A stretch of 64,000 bases of DNA from an uncultured Rhodospirillales bacterium. Lineage in GTDB: Bacteria > Pseudomonadota > Alphaproteobacteria > RF32 > CAG-239. A program made the position numbers and the translations under genes. How positions within the stretch are numbered: position 1 is the first letter of the stretch; each line of letters begins with the position of its first letter. The notes beneath the pieces were generated by a model. It searched no databases. It saw only the letters and a program-made list of their open reading frames with translations, and was not told where the DNA came from. The DNA lies in assembly GCA_902761715.1 (NCBI GenBank), contig CACWLK010000003.1, positions 21,498 to 85,497 on the forward strand, read 5' to 3'. Shown here in pieces: positions 26,992-36,700 of the stretch.

Positions 26992-27438
26992 ATGAAAAAA
27001 TTCTATGAATTTAGTAAAAATATTTCATTTGTAGCAATTATTTCTGCTGTTTTGTGTGTCGCGGTAGTGTCCGATGCCGCTGCGGCAAATATTTTTGAAA
27101 CTGTTAAAGATAAAGTTTACACCACCTTACAAGATTTGCGTGGTATTATATATATTATTGGTGGATTGGGTCTTATCTGTTTCACCTTTGCCGCTATATT
27201 CGGACGTATCAGTTTTAAGCATTTGGCGACTATCAGCTTCAGCCTGTTTTTGGTTGCCGCCATGGGGCTGTTTATCAGTCATTTTACCGGTGATGGCACG
27301 CCATCAGCTAAATTGGAGTACAAAGATAACACTTCTGCATCAAACAACCAGACACCAAATGACAGTCCTACTGGAGGAAAATGCAGTGGCGGGGAATGCC
27401 CCCAGTCTCAAAATCAGAGCGCTAACAAAACCCCATGA
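26992..27438 (+). CDS. virB2: VirB2-like pilin paralogue 3 with N/Q/S/T/Cys-rich C-terminal tail
   Basis: Same two-helix core with loop FGRISFKH, plus a ~50-aa tail ...NNQTPNDSPTGGKCSGGECPQSQNQSANKTP. SD is AGGAGGAGG. Confidence 0.6.
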   Translation: MKKFYEFSKNISFVAIISAVLCVAVVSDAAAANIFETVKDKVYTTLQDLRGIIYIIGGLGLICFTFAAIFGRISFKHLATISFSLFLVAAMGLFISHFTGDGTPSAKLEYKDNTSASNNQTPNDSPTGGKCSGGECPQSQNQSANKTP

Positions 27439-27464
27439 AATAACTAACGTTCTAATTTATAACG

Positions 27465-27496
27465 AAAAGTGCGCTGTTTCAAAAGGCGCATTTTTT
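27465..27496 (+). terminator. Possible partial terminator between the virB2 array and virB3
   Basis: AAAAG-TGCGC-(11-nt loop)-GCGCA-TTTTTT: a short GC stem with flanking A/T tracts. Confidence 0.4.
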
Positions 27497-27576
27497 GTGA
27501 TGATATTACTTGTTTTTTTGTTGCAATACCCAAACTTTTTGAATAGAATCATACATCATATTATAGTGGAGATTTT

Positions 27577-27867
27577 ATGAGAGAGCCGATACTAAAAGCA
27601 GTTGCCAATCCTCCGAAAATTTTATGGGGTCCCTATCTTCCGGTGTTGCTTAACCTCGGATTACAATTTCCGATGATGTTTGCCGGACTTGGGATGTTTG
27701 AAATCAATCCGCTGTTTTTTGTGGCAACAATAGGTCTTGCTCATACAGGAATTGTTTTGTGGGGAGCTAAGGAACCGCACATTTCCAATATGATACAGGC
27801 TTTTGGAACGACATTTCGCGTAACCAACAATTTATATAAAGAAAAGGGGAATAAGTTTGCACCCTGA
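27577..27867 (+). CDS. virB3: T4SS protein VirB3
   Basis: 96 aa with two TM segments (LPVLLNLGLQFPMMFAGL, LFFVATIGLAHTGIVLW). Overlaps virB4 by 11 nt. Confidence 0.85.
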   Translation: MREPILKAVANPPKILWGPYLPVLLNLGLQFPMMFAGLGMFEINPLFFVATIGLAHTGIVLWGAKEPHISNMIQAFGTTFRVTNNLYKEKGNKFAP

Positions 27868-30289
27868 TTTTGATTTTTTCAGCGTCTTTGTGCAGGGCTT
27901 AAGCAACAAAGAGGTTTTTGTAACAATATTAGGCTTTATTTCGGCCGCAGCTTTTGCCGGTTTGTGGATTACCAAAATCGGACGATCTCTTTTGCCTCAA
28001 CCGAATGAATCTCGGGTTTCTGACTTTTTGCCTTTTAATAAACTTATGCCCGATGGAATGACAATCCGTTGCTACAATGGCTCGTTCTGCCGCGTTTTTC
28101 AAGTTGAGGGGCTCGATTTGGCTTTTGCGACTGAAGAAAAAATAATCTCCATGGCTGAAGCGCGTAAATCATGGATTGATAGTATGTCGGATTTGCAGGT
28201 TACCGCTCGTGTGATTACTCTGCGTGAGCGTATTCCTGCCGACGTTATTGAAAATACTTTTGATAATCAAATTCTTGAAAAAGTTGCATATACATGGCAG
28301 TCAACCTTAAATCGAGTTTATACTAACTCACACTATATAATAGTGTCTGTTCCTGACCGTCCTGATGCCCTCAAAGATTTGAATTATGCTTCCCAATCTC
28401 TGTTGGCAACACTTAGTGAATATGGCGTTCGTGCCATGTTTGAGAGCGAGGACAGCTCCGCTTTGGACAGCCCGTTTCACGTGTTCAGCCGTTTGTGTAG
28501 TCCTATATCTAAGCCTGACCCCAAAGTCGGCAACGCAGAGGGCTCACAACTCAACGAACTGCTTACATCGGATCATATCCACTTTACGGGTGAAAACGGT
28601 CTGATTCGTTTCTTTTCCGGCGACAAAGAAAAATTAGCTATCACAATGGGTATTCGCTCTTCAAGTGATTACATGGATGAGTCAATGATTGTATCTCTGC
28701 TGGCAATTGACTGTGAGTTGACTCTTCTGCATAACATCAAACCTATTTATCGTCCGGCCGCTCGTGGTTTGCTTATTCAACAGCGCAATATGGCACGTAT
28801 GACCAGTTTTTCTCAAGATGTTGTCGATCAATATAGCTATGCCATGAGTGCGATTGAAGACAGTGATGCCAATTATCAAGCTTTGACCCAATACGCAATG
28901 TCTTTGGTTTTGCGTGGCGATAGCAAGGAAGAAATTGATTTTGCCGAAAGTGAAGTTCAAAGAATTTGCCGTCTGTTTGGTGTTACTCCGGTTCGTGAGG
29001 GCTGGGTTGCTCAAGCGACATTCTTTAACCAATTTCCTACTTATGAAATTTATCCGCGGGCATACTTATACTTGTCGCGTGTCGTAACGGCGGCAATTTC
29101 ATTTGATAAACCGGCGGAAGGCTTTAATAAGAGCGACTGGGGCCCGGGAGCAATTACGACCTTCCGCACCACCACCGGTTCGGGATACCGCTTCCAATTC
29201 CATGTCTCTTCAGAAGAAGCTGCCGTTGCGCACTGTTGTATTATCGGACCTACCGGTCAAGGTAAAACAACTTTGCTTACTTTTTTGGCCGGACAGGCAA
29301 TGCGTCACAAAGACCTCAAGGTGTTCTTCTTTGACCGTCACTTGGGTGCGGAAATTTTCACTCGTGCTGTCGGTGGTGCATATATTGGCTTTGACGGCGA
29401 TGAAAAAAATGTGTCTCTTAACCCGTTTGATACCTCTCCGACACCGAACAACCGTGCGTTTTTACGCCGTTGGATGAAATCAATTACCATGGTCGATGAT
29501 GCTCTTTCCGAAAGAGAAATTGCTCGTGCGGTAACTACGGCATTTGATTATCTCCGTCCTGAAGAGCGGGTTATGAGCAACCTTTATAAAAGCTGTTTTT
29601 CTCCGACCGGTAATATGCGCCGTGAGCTTTATCGTTGGGTCAACCCTGATCAATACGGCAAAATTTTTAACGCGACCAATGATAGCCTCGATTTGCATAG
29701 CAAACGCTTTATGGCATTTGACTTTACGCACATTTTTGAGGATGATACTCTGGCTCCGGCGGTCATCAGCTACATCATGCACCGTATTCAGTCCGAAACC
29801 GGAGAAACCGGCGTTCCTTCACTGATTATGATCGATGAGACCGCGCCTATGTTAAAGCACCCGATGTTCCGTGATTACTTTATTATCGGTCTGCAAGAAG
29901 GACGTAAAAAACGTCAGGCTTATCTCTGCGCTTTCCAACAGCCTAATATTATTGACTCTTTGGGCGTTGGTGAGGTTATCCGCGGTCAATGCCAAACAGT
30001 AATCTTTTTCCGCAACCCGCAGGCCCGCCCTGAGGACTATGAAAACTGGAACCTCAATCAACGTGAAATTGACTTTGTTTTCGGTAAATCTTATCGTGAA
30101 TTTCCATATGCCATTTTGCTTTCTCGTCCGGCAACCGGTGAGTCGGTAATTTTGGATGTAAATTTGAGCGGATTAGGCCCATATCTTAAGCTTTACAACT
30201 CCAGCCGTAAGAATGTTTTGTTGGTTGAGGATCTCATAAGACAATATGGCGAAGAAAACTTTGTTACAAAATATTTAAATTTAGCCTGA
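27857..30289 (+). CDS. virB4: T4SS ATPase VirB4
   Basis: 810 aa with Walker A GPTGQGKTT and Walker B SLIMIDE. TTG start is preceded by AAGGGGA. Confidence 0.95.
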   Translation: MHPDFDFFSVFVQGLSNKEVFVTILGFISAAAFAGLWITKIGRSLLPQPNESRVSDFLPFNKLMPDGMTIRCYNGSFCRVFQVEGLDLAFATEEKIISMAEARKSWIDSMSDLQVTARVITLRERIPADVIENTFDNQILEKVAYTWQSTLNRVYTNSHYIIVSVPDRPDALKDLNYASQSLLATLSEYGVRAMFESEDSSALDSPFHVFSRLCSPISKPDPKVGNAEGSQLNELLTSDHIHFTGENGLIRFFSGDKEKLAITMGIRSSSDYMDESMIVSLLAIDCELTLLHNIKPIYRPAARGLLIQQRNMARMTSFSQDVVDQYSYAMSAIEDSDANYQALTQYAMSLVLRGDSKEEIDFAESEVQRICRLFGVTPVREGWVAQATFFNQFPTYEIYPRAYLYLSRVVTAAISFDKPAEGFNKSDWGPGAITTFRTTTGSGYRFQFHVSSEEAAVAHCCIIGPTGQGKTTLLTFLAGQAMRHKDLKVFFFDRHLGAEIFTRAVGGAYIGFDGDEKNVSLNPFDTSPTPNNRAFLRRWMKSITMVDDALSEREIARAVTTAFDYLRPEERVMSNLYKSCFSPTGNMRRELYRWVNPDQYGKIFNATNDSLDLHSKRFMAFDFTHIFEDDTLAPAVISYIMHRIQSETGETGVPSLIMIDETAPMLKHPMFRDYFIIGLQEGRKKRQAYLCAFQQPNIIDSLGVGEVIRGQCQTVIFFRNPQARPEDYENWNLNQREIDFVFGKSYREFPYAILLSRPATGESVILDVNLSGLGPYLKLYNSSRKNVLLVEDLIRQYGEENFVTKYLNLA

Positions 30290-30368
30290 TTATATCAAAA
30301 TAAGTTTATAAATAGTATTTTTTGTGCTATCATATACTATGAGGGAGAATCTCATTAGGGAGGATGGT

Positions 30369-31829
30369 ATGAAAAATATTAAGTTTATTACTATGGTTTC
30401 GGCATGTGCAGCGATTATTATGACATCATCACCGGCCAAGGCATTAATTACATTGGACCCCGGTAACATTGCCGGTACAATCGGTATTGTTATTAACGGT
30501 GCAACCGGTATTATGCAAAGTGTTGAAATCATTACCAACGGCAGCTTATTAAACTCGGTAATCGGTGATGCTGCCGGAACATTAAGAAAATTTGCCGATA
30601 CATTCGGTGGAAACGTTCAAAAAGCCTTACAAATGGCACAAGAAGCACAAGCTCGTATTCAAGAAGGTCAAGCTGCTTATAACAAATATAGAAGTGAAAT
30701 TGAGTCTCGTAAAGCCAAATATCAGGCACTTCTTGATCAGCTGAATGTCAACAAAGAAAGCTATTCCGATAATGCGGAAGAAGAAGACGGCGGCTATCCT
30801 GCAGATTATGATTCGCAAGAAGACGCCGATTACGATCCAGATACCACCTCTACTATTGAGGCATCAAAAAATTCACAAAACAGTTCGGACAATTTATCCG
30901 AAAACACCAATTCTGTTCAATCATCAGACACTTCGCTTCCTAGTGTGGTTGATTCTGGTCAGCCATCAAGTCCGGCGCTTCCTAGCGTTATTGAGGCTAA
31001 ACCATCTTCAGAAGTTGCACTTCCAAGTGTGATTAATGCCAAACCGGCAGTAATCAACAATACATCATCAACCGGTCGCCGCCCATTCTCTTTTTCAAAT
31101 GAAATTCCTGTAGAACCGGTTATTGAAGAGCAACCAACTCCTGCTGATAAAGCTGCAGCTGCTGCAGTTGATGCTGTTTCTTCAGAGACAGTCTCCGAAA
31201 CCCTCTCTCCTGATACTCTCAAGAATGAGATTAAGCCTCGTTTTAGAGTTTCTCCTCTAAAACTTGAAGAACCGGCTAAACTTGACAAAGTTTCGGTCAA
31301 CGAGGTCAGCTTTATAAGCCACCAGTCGTTTGCCGACGAGATTAGCGATGTAAAAGGTGTTAATTACGATTCAAAAGGCACATTCGTTACCCCGTTTGCC
31401 AAACGCTGCGGATTGAGTGTAAAAGATCTGGTTGAATATGAAGGCATGAAATCCTGTCTGACCAAAATTGTAGCAGAAAACAATGCTAAAGATCAGGAAG
31501 ATGCCATTAACAGCCAAAAAGACTGTGAGACTATGGTGTTTGAAACCGTTGTGGCTCTGCTTTCTGAGGCTACAAAGGCCAAGTATGAGGCTTCCAACTA
31601 CACAGACACTCTTGATAAGCAAGATGAACTCGGTGCCGAGAGCTCCACCACTCGTGACGATACCGGTGTAATCGGACTTAGTCAGGAAGAAACTCAAAAA
31701 TTGTTAAACCAAATGAATATGCTTGAATCCGGAGCTATTCTTCTTTCTGGGGTACAAAAAATTTGCGCTATGTCAAAGAATGTTTTGGTTGACAGTGAAA
31801 AATCCGAAAGCTCTGATGGAGGCAAATAA
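30369..31829 (+). CDS. Secreted T4SS-operon protein, unknown: Gly-rich amphipathic N-domain, S/P-rich linker, Cys-containing C-domain
   Basis: Signal peptide MKNIKFITMVSACAAIIMTSSPAKA with SD AGGGAGGA. The linker carries three LPSV(V/I) repeats. I recognised no family. Confidence 0.55.
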   Translation: MKNIKFITMVSACAAIIMTSSPAKALITLDPGNIAGTIGIVINGATGIMQSVEIITNGSLLNSVIGDAAGTLRKFADTFGGNVQKALQMAQEAQARIQEGQAAYNKYRSEIESRKAKYQALLDQLNVNKESYSDNAEEEDGGYPADYDSQEDADYDPDTTSTIEASKNSQNSSDNLSENTNSVQSSDTSLPSVVDSGQPSSPALPSVIEAKPSSEVALPSVINAKPAVINNTSSTGRRPFSFSNEIPVEPVIEEQPTPADKAAAAAVDAVSSETVSETLSPDTLKNEIKPRFRVSPLKLEEPAKLDKVSVNEVSFISHQSFADEISDVKGVNYDSKGTFVTPFAKRCGLSVKDLVEYEGMKSCLTKIVAENNAKDQEDAINSQKDCETMVFETVVALLSEATKAKYEASNYTDTLDKQDELGAESSTTRDDTGVIGLSQEETQKLLNQMNMLESGAILLSGVQKICAMSKNVLVDSEKSESSDGGK

Positions 31830-32494
31830 TGAAAAAAATACTGCTGACATTAATGGCGCTTTGCTTTTGGATGTCGGTTATTCCCGATGCCAGAGCTGAC
31901 TTTGAGCTATTGGAAACAGTCCTCAGCGCCCTTGAGAATATTCAAAAGAAAGTTCAGGTTGTTCAAGAAAAATACCAAAAGATTGAAAGCCAACTTAATG
32001 CCCTGCGCCAAGGTCCTTTAGGCAAGTTGACTGCTATCTCGAGCAAACTCAATTTTAAGAATATTTCTGTTCGCACTCTCCCGATAGTATCTGAAAACAT
32101 CGGCAATCTTCGTAATTTGGAAAAAGCTATTCAAAAAGGTACAATGGCCAACCTTGGCAAGAAAAATCAAATAATCCTTTCTGCCGCCAATGAGAAGAAC
32201 AATGCGGACATTATGCGTGAAGACCTGAGCAGATTGTATGCTTACGCCTTTACCTTACGTACCAGCATGGCAAGAGACCGTCAAAATGAGAATGATTCGC
32301 CTTCCATACTTGAAAACAACCGTGCAACCAAGCAAATGCTTAAAAAAGAAACCATGGAAACCGCTCGTCGTTTTACCCGAATTTTGGATATGCAAAGCTC
32401 GCTTAATGAGTTTCAACGTCGTCTGATTGCGGCCAACTTGAGAGTTCCGGAATCTGATGAAGATGACACAACAGAAGAAGGAGATAAGCAATGA
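31829..32494 (+). CDS. Secreted all-helical 221-aa protein (VirB5/TrbJ-like by size and position only)
   Basis: Signal peptide ...VIPDARA|D followed by heptad-rich helices. Stop/start overlap TAATG with the upstream gene and ATGA overlap with the next gene. Confidence 0.45.
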   Translation: MKKILLTLMALCFWMSVIPDARADFELLETVLSALENIQKKVQVVQEKYQKIESQLNALRQGPLGKLTAISSKLNFKNISVRTLPIVSENIGNLRNLEKAIQKGTMANLGKKNQIILSAANEKNNADIMREDLSRLYAYAFTLRTSMARDRQNENDSPSILENNRATKQMLKKETMETARRFTRILDMQSSLNEFQRRLIAANLRVPESDEDDTTEEGDKQ

Positions 32495-33714
32495 GAAAAA
32501 CCAAATCAATATTAATTGCAATTTCCATTGCATTTTCGCTTTTTCCTTCTAAAGGCGAAGCGTTTTTCCTGCTTCCTCCGTTTAAGACGGACGTTGTAAA
32601 CAGTCTGCAAAAGTCTTTTACAACCATTAAAACTAAAGTTGACAAAGCTTATAAAATGGTAATGGAAAGCACCGTAATGCAAACCATTATTCAATATGGT
32701 GAAGGCGCTTTTGAGGCCTATGATTTTGTAAAAAGCGTAAATTTTGGCTCAATCCAAAGTATTTTGGGAGCTGATTACAAGCAAATTTCAGTACTGTCCT
32801 CAAAAATCAAAAAAATAGATGCTCAAAAGAGTGCCGCTAAAGATAAGGCCGCACAAGAGGCCGCGGCTATCGCTCAAGAAGCAGCTGAAAAAGAAAAAGG
32901 CATCAGTAAAAACATCACCAAGTTGTCGCAAGACAGCCTGCTTAATCCTGATCACGCTGTTGCCAACACCGCTAAAATCAGCGCGTTAATCCAACAAAAA
33001 GAGGAAATAATCGCCGAGGCGCAGAACAACACCAACAGCATAAACGATACTTTGAATTCAGCACTACAAGGTTTTAATGATATGAAAGATTCGATACGTG
33101 CCGAATTAACATCCATACTTTCGTCATTTAACCCGCTTCCGAAGAACTACAATTCACTTCAGGATTTGCGTGAAACCGTGCAGATTCTGTCTCCGGACGA
33201 AAAAACCAAAGTTACCAGTAACATTATCTTTGCTTATAAAGAAGTGTACAACTCCTTATATTGGCAGGATATCAATACGGCAATGCAACGTGCAACCGCC
33301 ATTCGAGCCGAACTTGTTGCTGACAACGAAAAAGCTCAGACCATCAATCAAGCCGCCAGTGGTAGCCTTGAAGGTGCAATATCCGCAAACGCCGCCGGAG
33401 CTCTTGAACTGAGAAAAGCCAACATGTTAGCTCTGATTAACTATACAGAGCTGGTATTGCAAAAACTCAAATTAGACATAAGTTATGATTTGTCGATTAG
33501 TGGTTTCCAAAAGATTAATTCTACCACGGCAGTCAATAACTTTAACTTTGATAACTATAAATTTAACCCGAAAGATCCGGTGTATGATGTTGACAGTGTA
33601 ACATTATCACCGGCAGCAGCAGGAGAGGCATTAGACAGCTCCATCGCCGCCGCATCAGAACCGGCAGTTGCCGCCGGGCTGGCTGATATTTCGGCATCTG
33701 CAACAACAGAGTAA
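32491..33714 (+). CDS. Secreted helical 407-aa protein, unknown
   Basis: Signal peptide ...SKGEA|F followed by Ala/Lys/Gln-rich helices. Translationally coupled to its neighbours. Confidence 0.5.
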   Translation: MRKTKSILIAISIAFSLFPSKGEAFFLLPPFKTDVVNSLQKSFTTIKTKVDKAYKMVMESTVMQTIIQYGEGAFEAYDFVKSVNFGSIQSILGADYKQISVLSSKIKKIDAQKSAAKDKAAQEAAAIAQEAAEKEKGISKNITKLSQDSLLNPDHAVANTAKISALIQQKEEIIAEAQNNTNSINDTLNSALQGFNDMKDSIRAELTSILSSFNPLPKNYNSLQDLRETVQILSPDEKTKVTSNIIFAYKEVYNSLYWQDINTAMQRATAIRAELVADNEKAQTINQAASGSLEGAISANAAGALELRKANMLALINYTELVLQKLKLDISYDLSISGFQKINSTTAVNNFNFDNYKFNPKDPVYDVDSVTLSPAAAGEALDSSIAAASEPAVAAGLADISASATTE

Positions 33715-33749
33715 CGTGTCGACATTGACAGTAGTAAAGGAGAAAACAA

Positions 33750-36700
33750 ATGAAAAAGATTTTTAGCCGTATTTTTCTAGCTGTTTGTGTCGTAGCGGGC
33801 GGCCTTCTTATAAGTAAGCCGGCAGATGCACAGCTTTTGTTTGGTATATCTTTTGACGCCAAAGGCGATGTAAAATCGACCATACAGCAGGTTGAACAAT
33901 ATTTGGCCACCGTCCAAGAAGAAGTTGTTGCCAAGGTCAAAGAAGCTTTAACCGCAGTAAAATCAACCGTCGACAAATATAAAGGATCAATTACCAGACT
34001 GGTCAGCAAAATTCCGGGAACCAAAGACTTTGATGTTGCCGGTTCGGTTGACGTATACGATTACGAAGCCGTCAAAACCGCATTTAATGAGCTGTTTTTA
34101 CAATATCCGTCAACAGAGCCACGCATAAAGAAAGCTTATGAGCAAAAAGCCGAGCAGTTCTACTATGATACTTTGGTTGAGGTAAAAACCGCATTGGTTG
34201 AGCTCGAAACTCAGTTGGGTAAATATCGCAAGGAAGTAGAAGCATTTAGTGAAGAAGCCTTGACCTCAGACGGTTCAGGTTCAACTGCTAGCTCCGAAGA
34301 AGAAAACGGCGTTGATTACAACGTTTATATGGCTGCTCGCAAAATGAATGATATCCTGAAGATTACCGAAGAGCTGGTCGCTATGCGTAATCAATACTTT
34401 GCTGCCAGCATGATGCATGGCGGAAGACAGGTTTTGCCGGCTGAAAAGGTAGAGCCTAAAGCAGAACCGTCAGAAAAAACTTCAGAACTGAGCGGCGTCA
34501 GCAAAATGATGTTTGGTCAGTTTATGACTCAGGGTGCTATTCCTGCTCCCGCCGCTCCAAGCGAGGGCGAAACTGAAGAAAAAACGGTTTCACAAAACAA
34601 ATCTTCAGACCGCTTCGTTGTTCCTGCTGCTCCTGCCACTTCAGCTCCGCTCGAGGGTAGTGAAGCCGAACTGGATGCCTTAAAACGTGTTGCTAACACT
34701 CAAGAAATTGTCAATTCTGCACTTGATGTTCACAATATGTTGCAACGCATGCCTGAATATAAGTCAATGTATAAACAATACAGCCTTTATAAGAAACTTC
34801 ACGAAAGGGCAGTCGAGGGTGTAAAAGAGGCAGATGTTTGCGTTACCAGATACCTGGGACGTCGCTATTCCGAGCCGAACAAAGTATGGTTCGGTCAGGC
34901 GACACCGCCTGTTGCCGCCTGCGACTATAATTCTCGTAAAGGTCTCTCACAGTGGGCAATTACCGCATATCAGGCTGCAAATGATGATGCCGGTAACGCA
35001 ATTGATGTAAATTCTTTTGCAAACTACGACATTGACACAGACGGAGACAGTCAAACTTTGGTTGACCCTGATGTTGAGGCTTTGGAAAAGAAAAATGCCG
35101 AAGAGCCTGTCGATGAGTCATATGTAAAACCGAGCCATGATCAAGAATATTCTAACTCGGTTCGTGAGGTTGAATTACTGAACTGGATAATCGGACGCAA
35201 AGCCGCAATGTTGTTGGTAGAAGACCAATATAACAAACAAGTTTATGGCGCCGCCGAACATCCGTTCCCGATTTGGAACGACCAACGCAGTTACTATGAT
35301 CAGTACATCAGTGGTAAATATGAAAGTATCAAAGCATATCTGCGTGAGCTTGACTTTACCAAAGCTGCACTCTCTATCGCTCAAACGCTTAACAGCGGTC
35401 AGGAAGAAAGTGAAGACAAAGACAATACCGCTACAGCTTTAGGCGAACTTGAGAGCGCCATGGCTGAGATGGAGCCTCCGGTCAAAGCAACCAGCAGACT
35501 TCTTGAGGAAAAAACTCAATCGCTTGCCTCCATCCGTCAAAAAGAGGCCGATGAATTGGCTCCTTATTTAAAAACTAAGGATAGCCTGAATGAGAAACTG
35601 GACTCATGGAGCAATGCCATAGTTGAAATTACGGAAGAAATCAATGGTTTGAACCAACAATCTTCGTACAACAAATCACGCGCCGAAAGCGCAAACACTC
35701 AAATCAAACTTATGGACAGCCGTGGTACACCGACAGAGTCTACTCTTTATGTTGAAGCCAAAGAAACCTTTGCCAATGCAACGGAATCTTATGCTGAAAA
35801 CGTAGAAGAACTCGGAGAAAAACGCATTACTCTTAAAAAATATGAGATTGAGCGTGATAAGGTACAAACGGCTCTTGATAAGTTAAATAAGCAAATAGAG
35901 GAAATACAAAGCAGATATCAACATGAAATAATTGCAATTGAAAGCGATTACGATGCTCAAATAATTGCTTTGCAAAAAAATCCCGATATTGCCCCGTTAT
36001 TGTCAAGCATTGCCCAAAGTGCTAATATAACTGACATCGGCGCCCTCGGGTTTATAAGTCAGGCCGACGGCTTGATTAACACCGCTCGTTCTTGTGCAAT
36101 TCAGTTTGTTGAAGATCTCGAAAGTGATTTGTCAGCGATGAAAGCTGATGATGCTCTATATCTGGACAAGAACAACGGCGCTGTCGTTAGCAAACACGCC
36201 GAGATGATTGAAAAACTAAAAGCCCTGCCGGGCAACTGTTTCGAAAAAGAAGTTGCCGCAACAATCGGATCATTAAGCGTAAGCCCTCAAAGCATTATTC
36301 CGCTGCTGCAGGGATTGTTTACAATGCCATTGACTGAAATTTGTACCAATTACACCTGTGATGCCGGGGATACACAATACTTTGTCGGCCTTCCGGCAAA
36401 AGAACGCGACTTTACGGCGCCTCGAGCTGCGCTGGTTACACACTATCCGCCGGTTCGTGATATGGTTCACTTGGATACAACTGACTACAAACATATGGAC
36501 GTCAGCAAAGACGGAAGACTCAATCGTAATGCTTTCCTTGAGTATGGATTGGAACAGCCGTACATTTGGCAGTTGCTCCTTTCTGATAAAGCCTTCATCG
36601 AGAGAGGTGTTGATCTCGAAGCTGTTCTTGAAAAGGGCGGCGAAGGCAAAGCTTTTGCTCGCGGCATACAACTTCCGTGTCGCACCGGCAACTACATGAT

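Noticed and set aside
27074-27580. 168-aa same-strand ORF overlapping virB2 paralogue 3; likewise a 218-aa ORF at 40432-41088 overlapping the virB9 3' end.
   Set aside because: These are alternative frames of genes with clear family motifs. They have no independent SD and a low-complexity translation.
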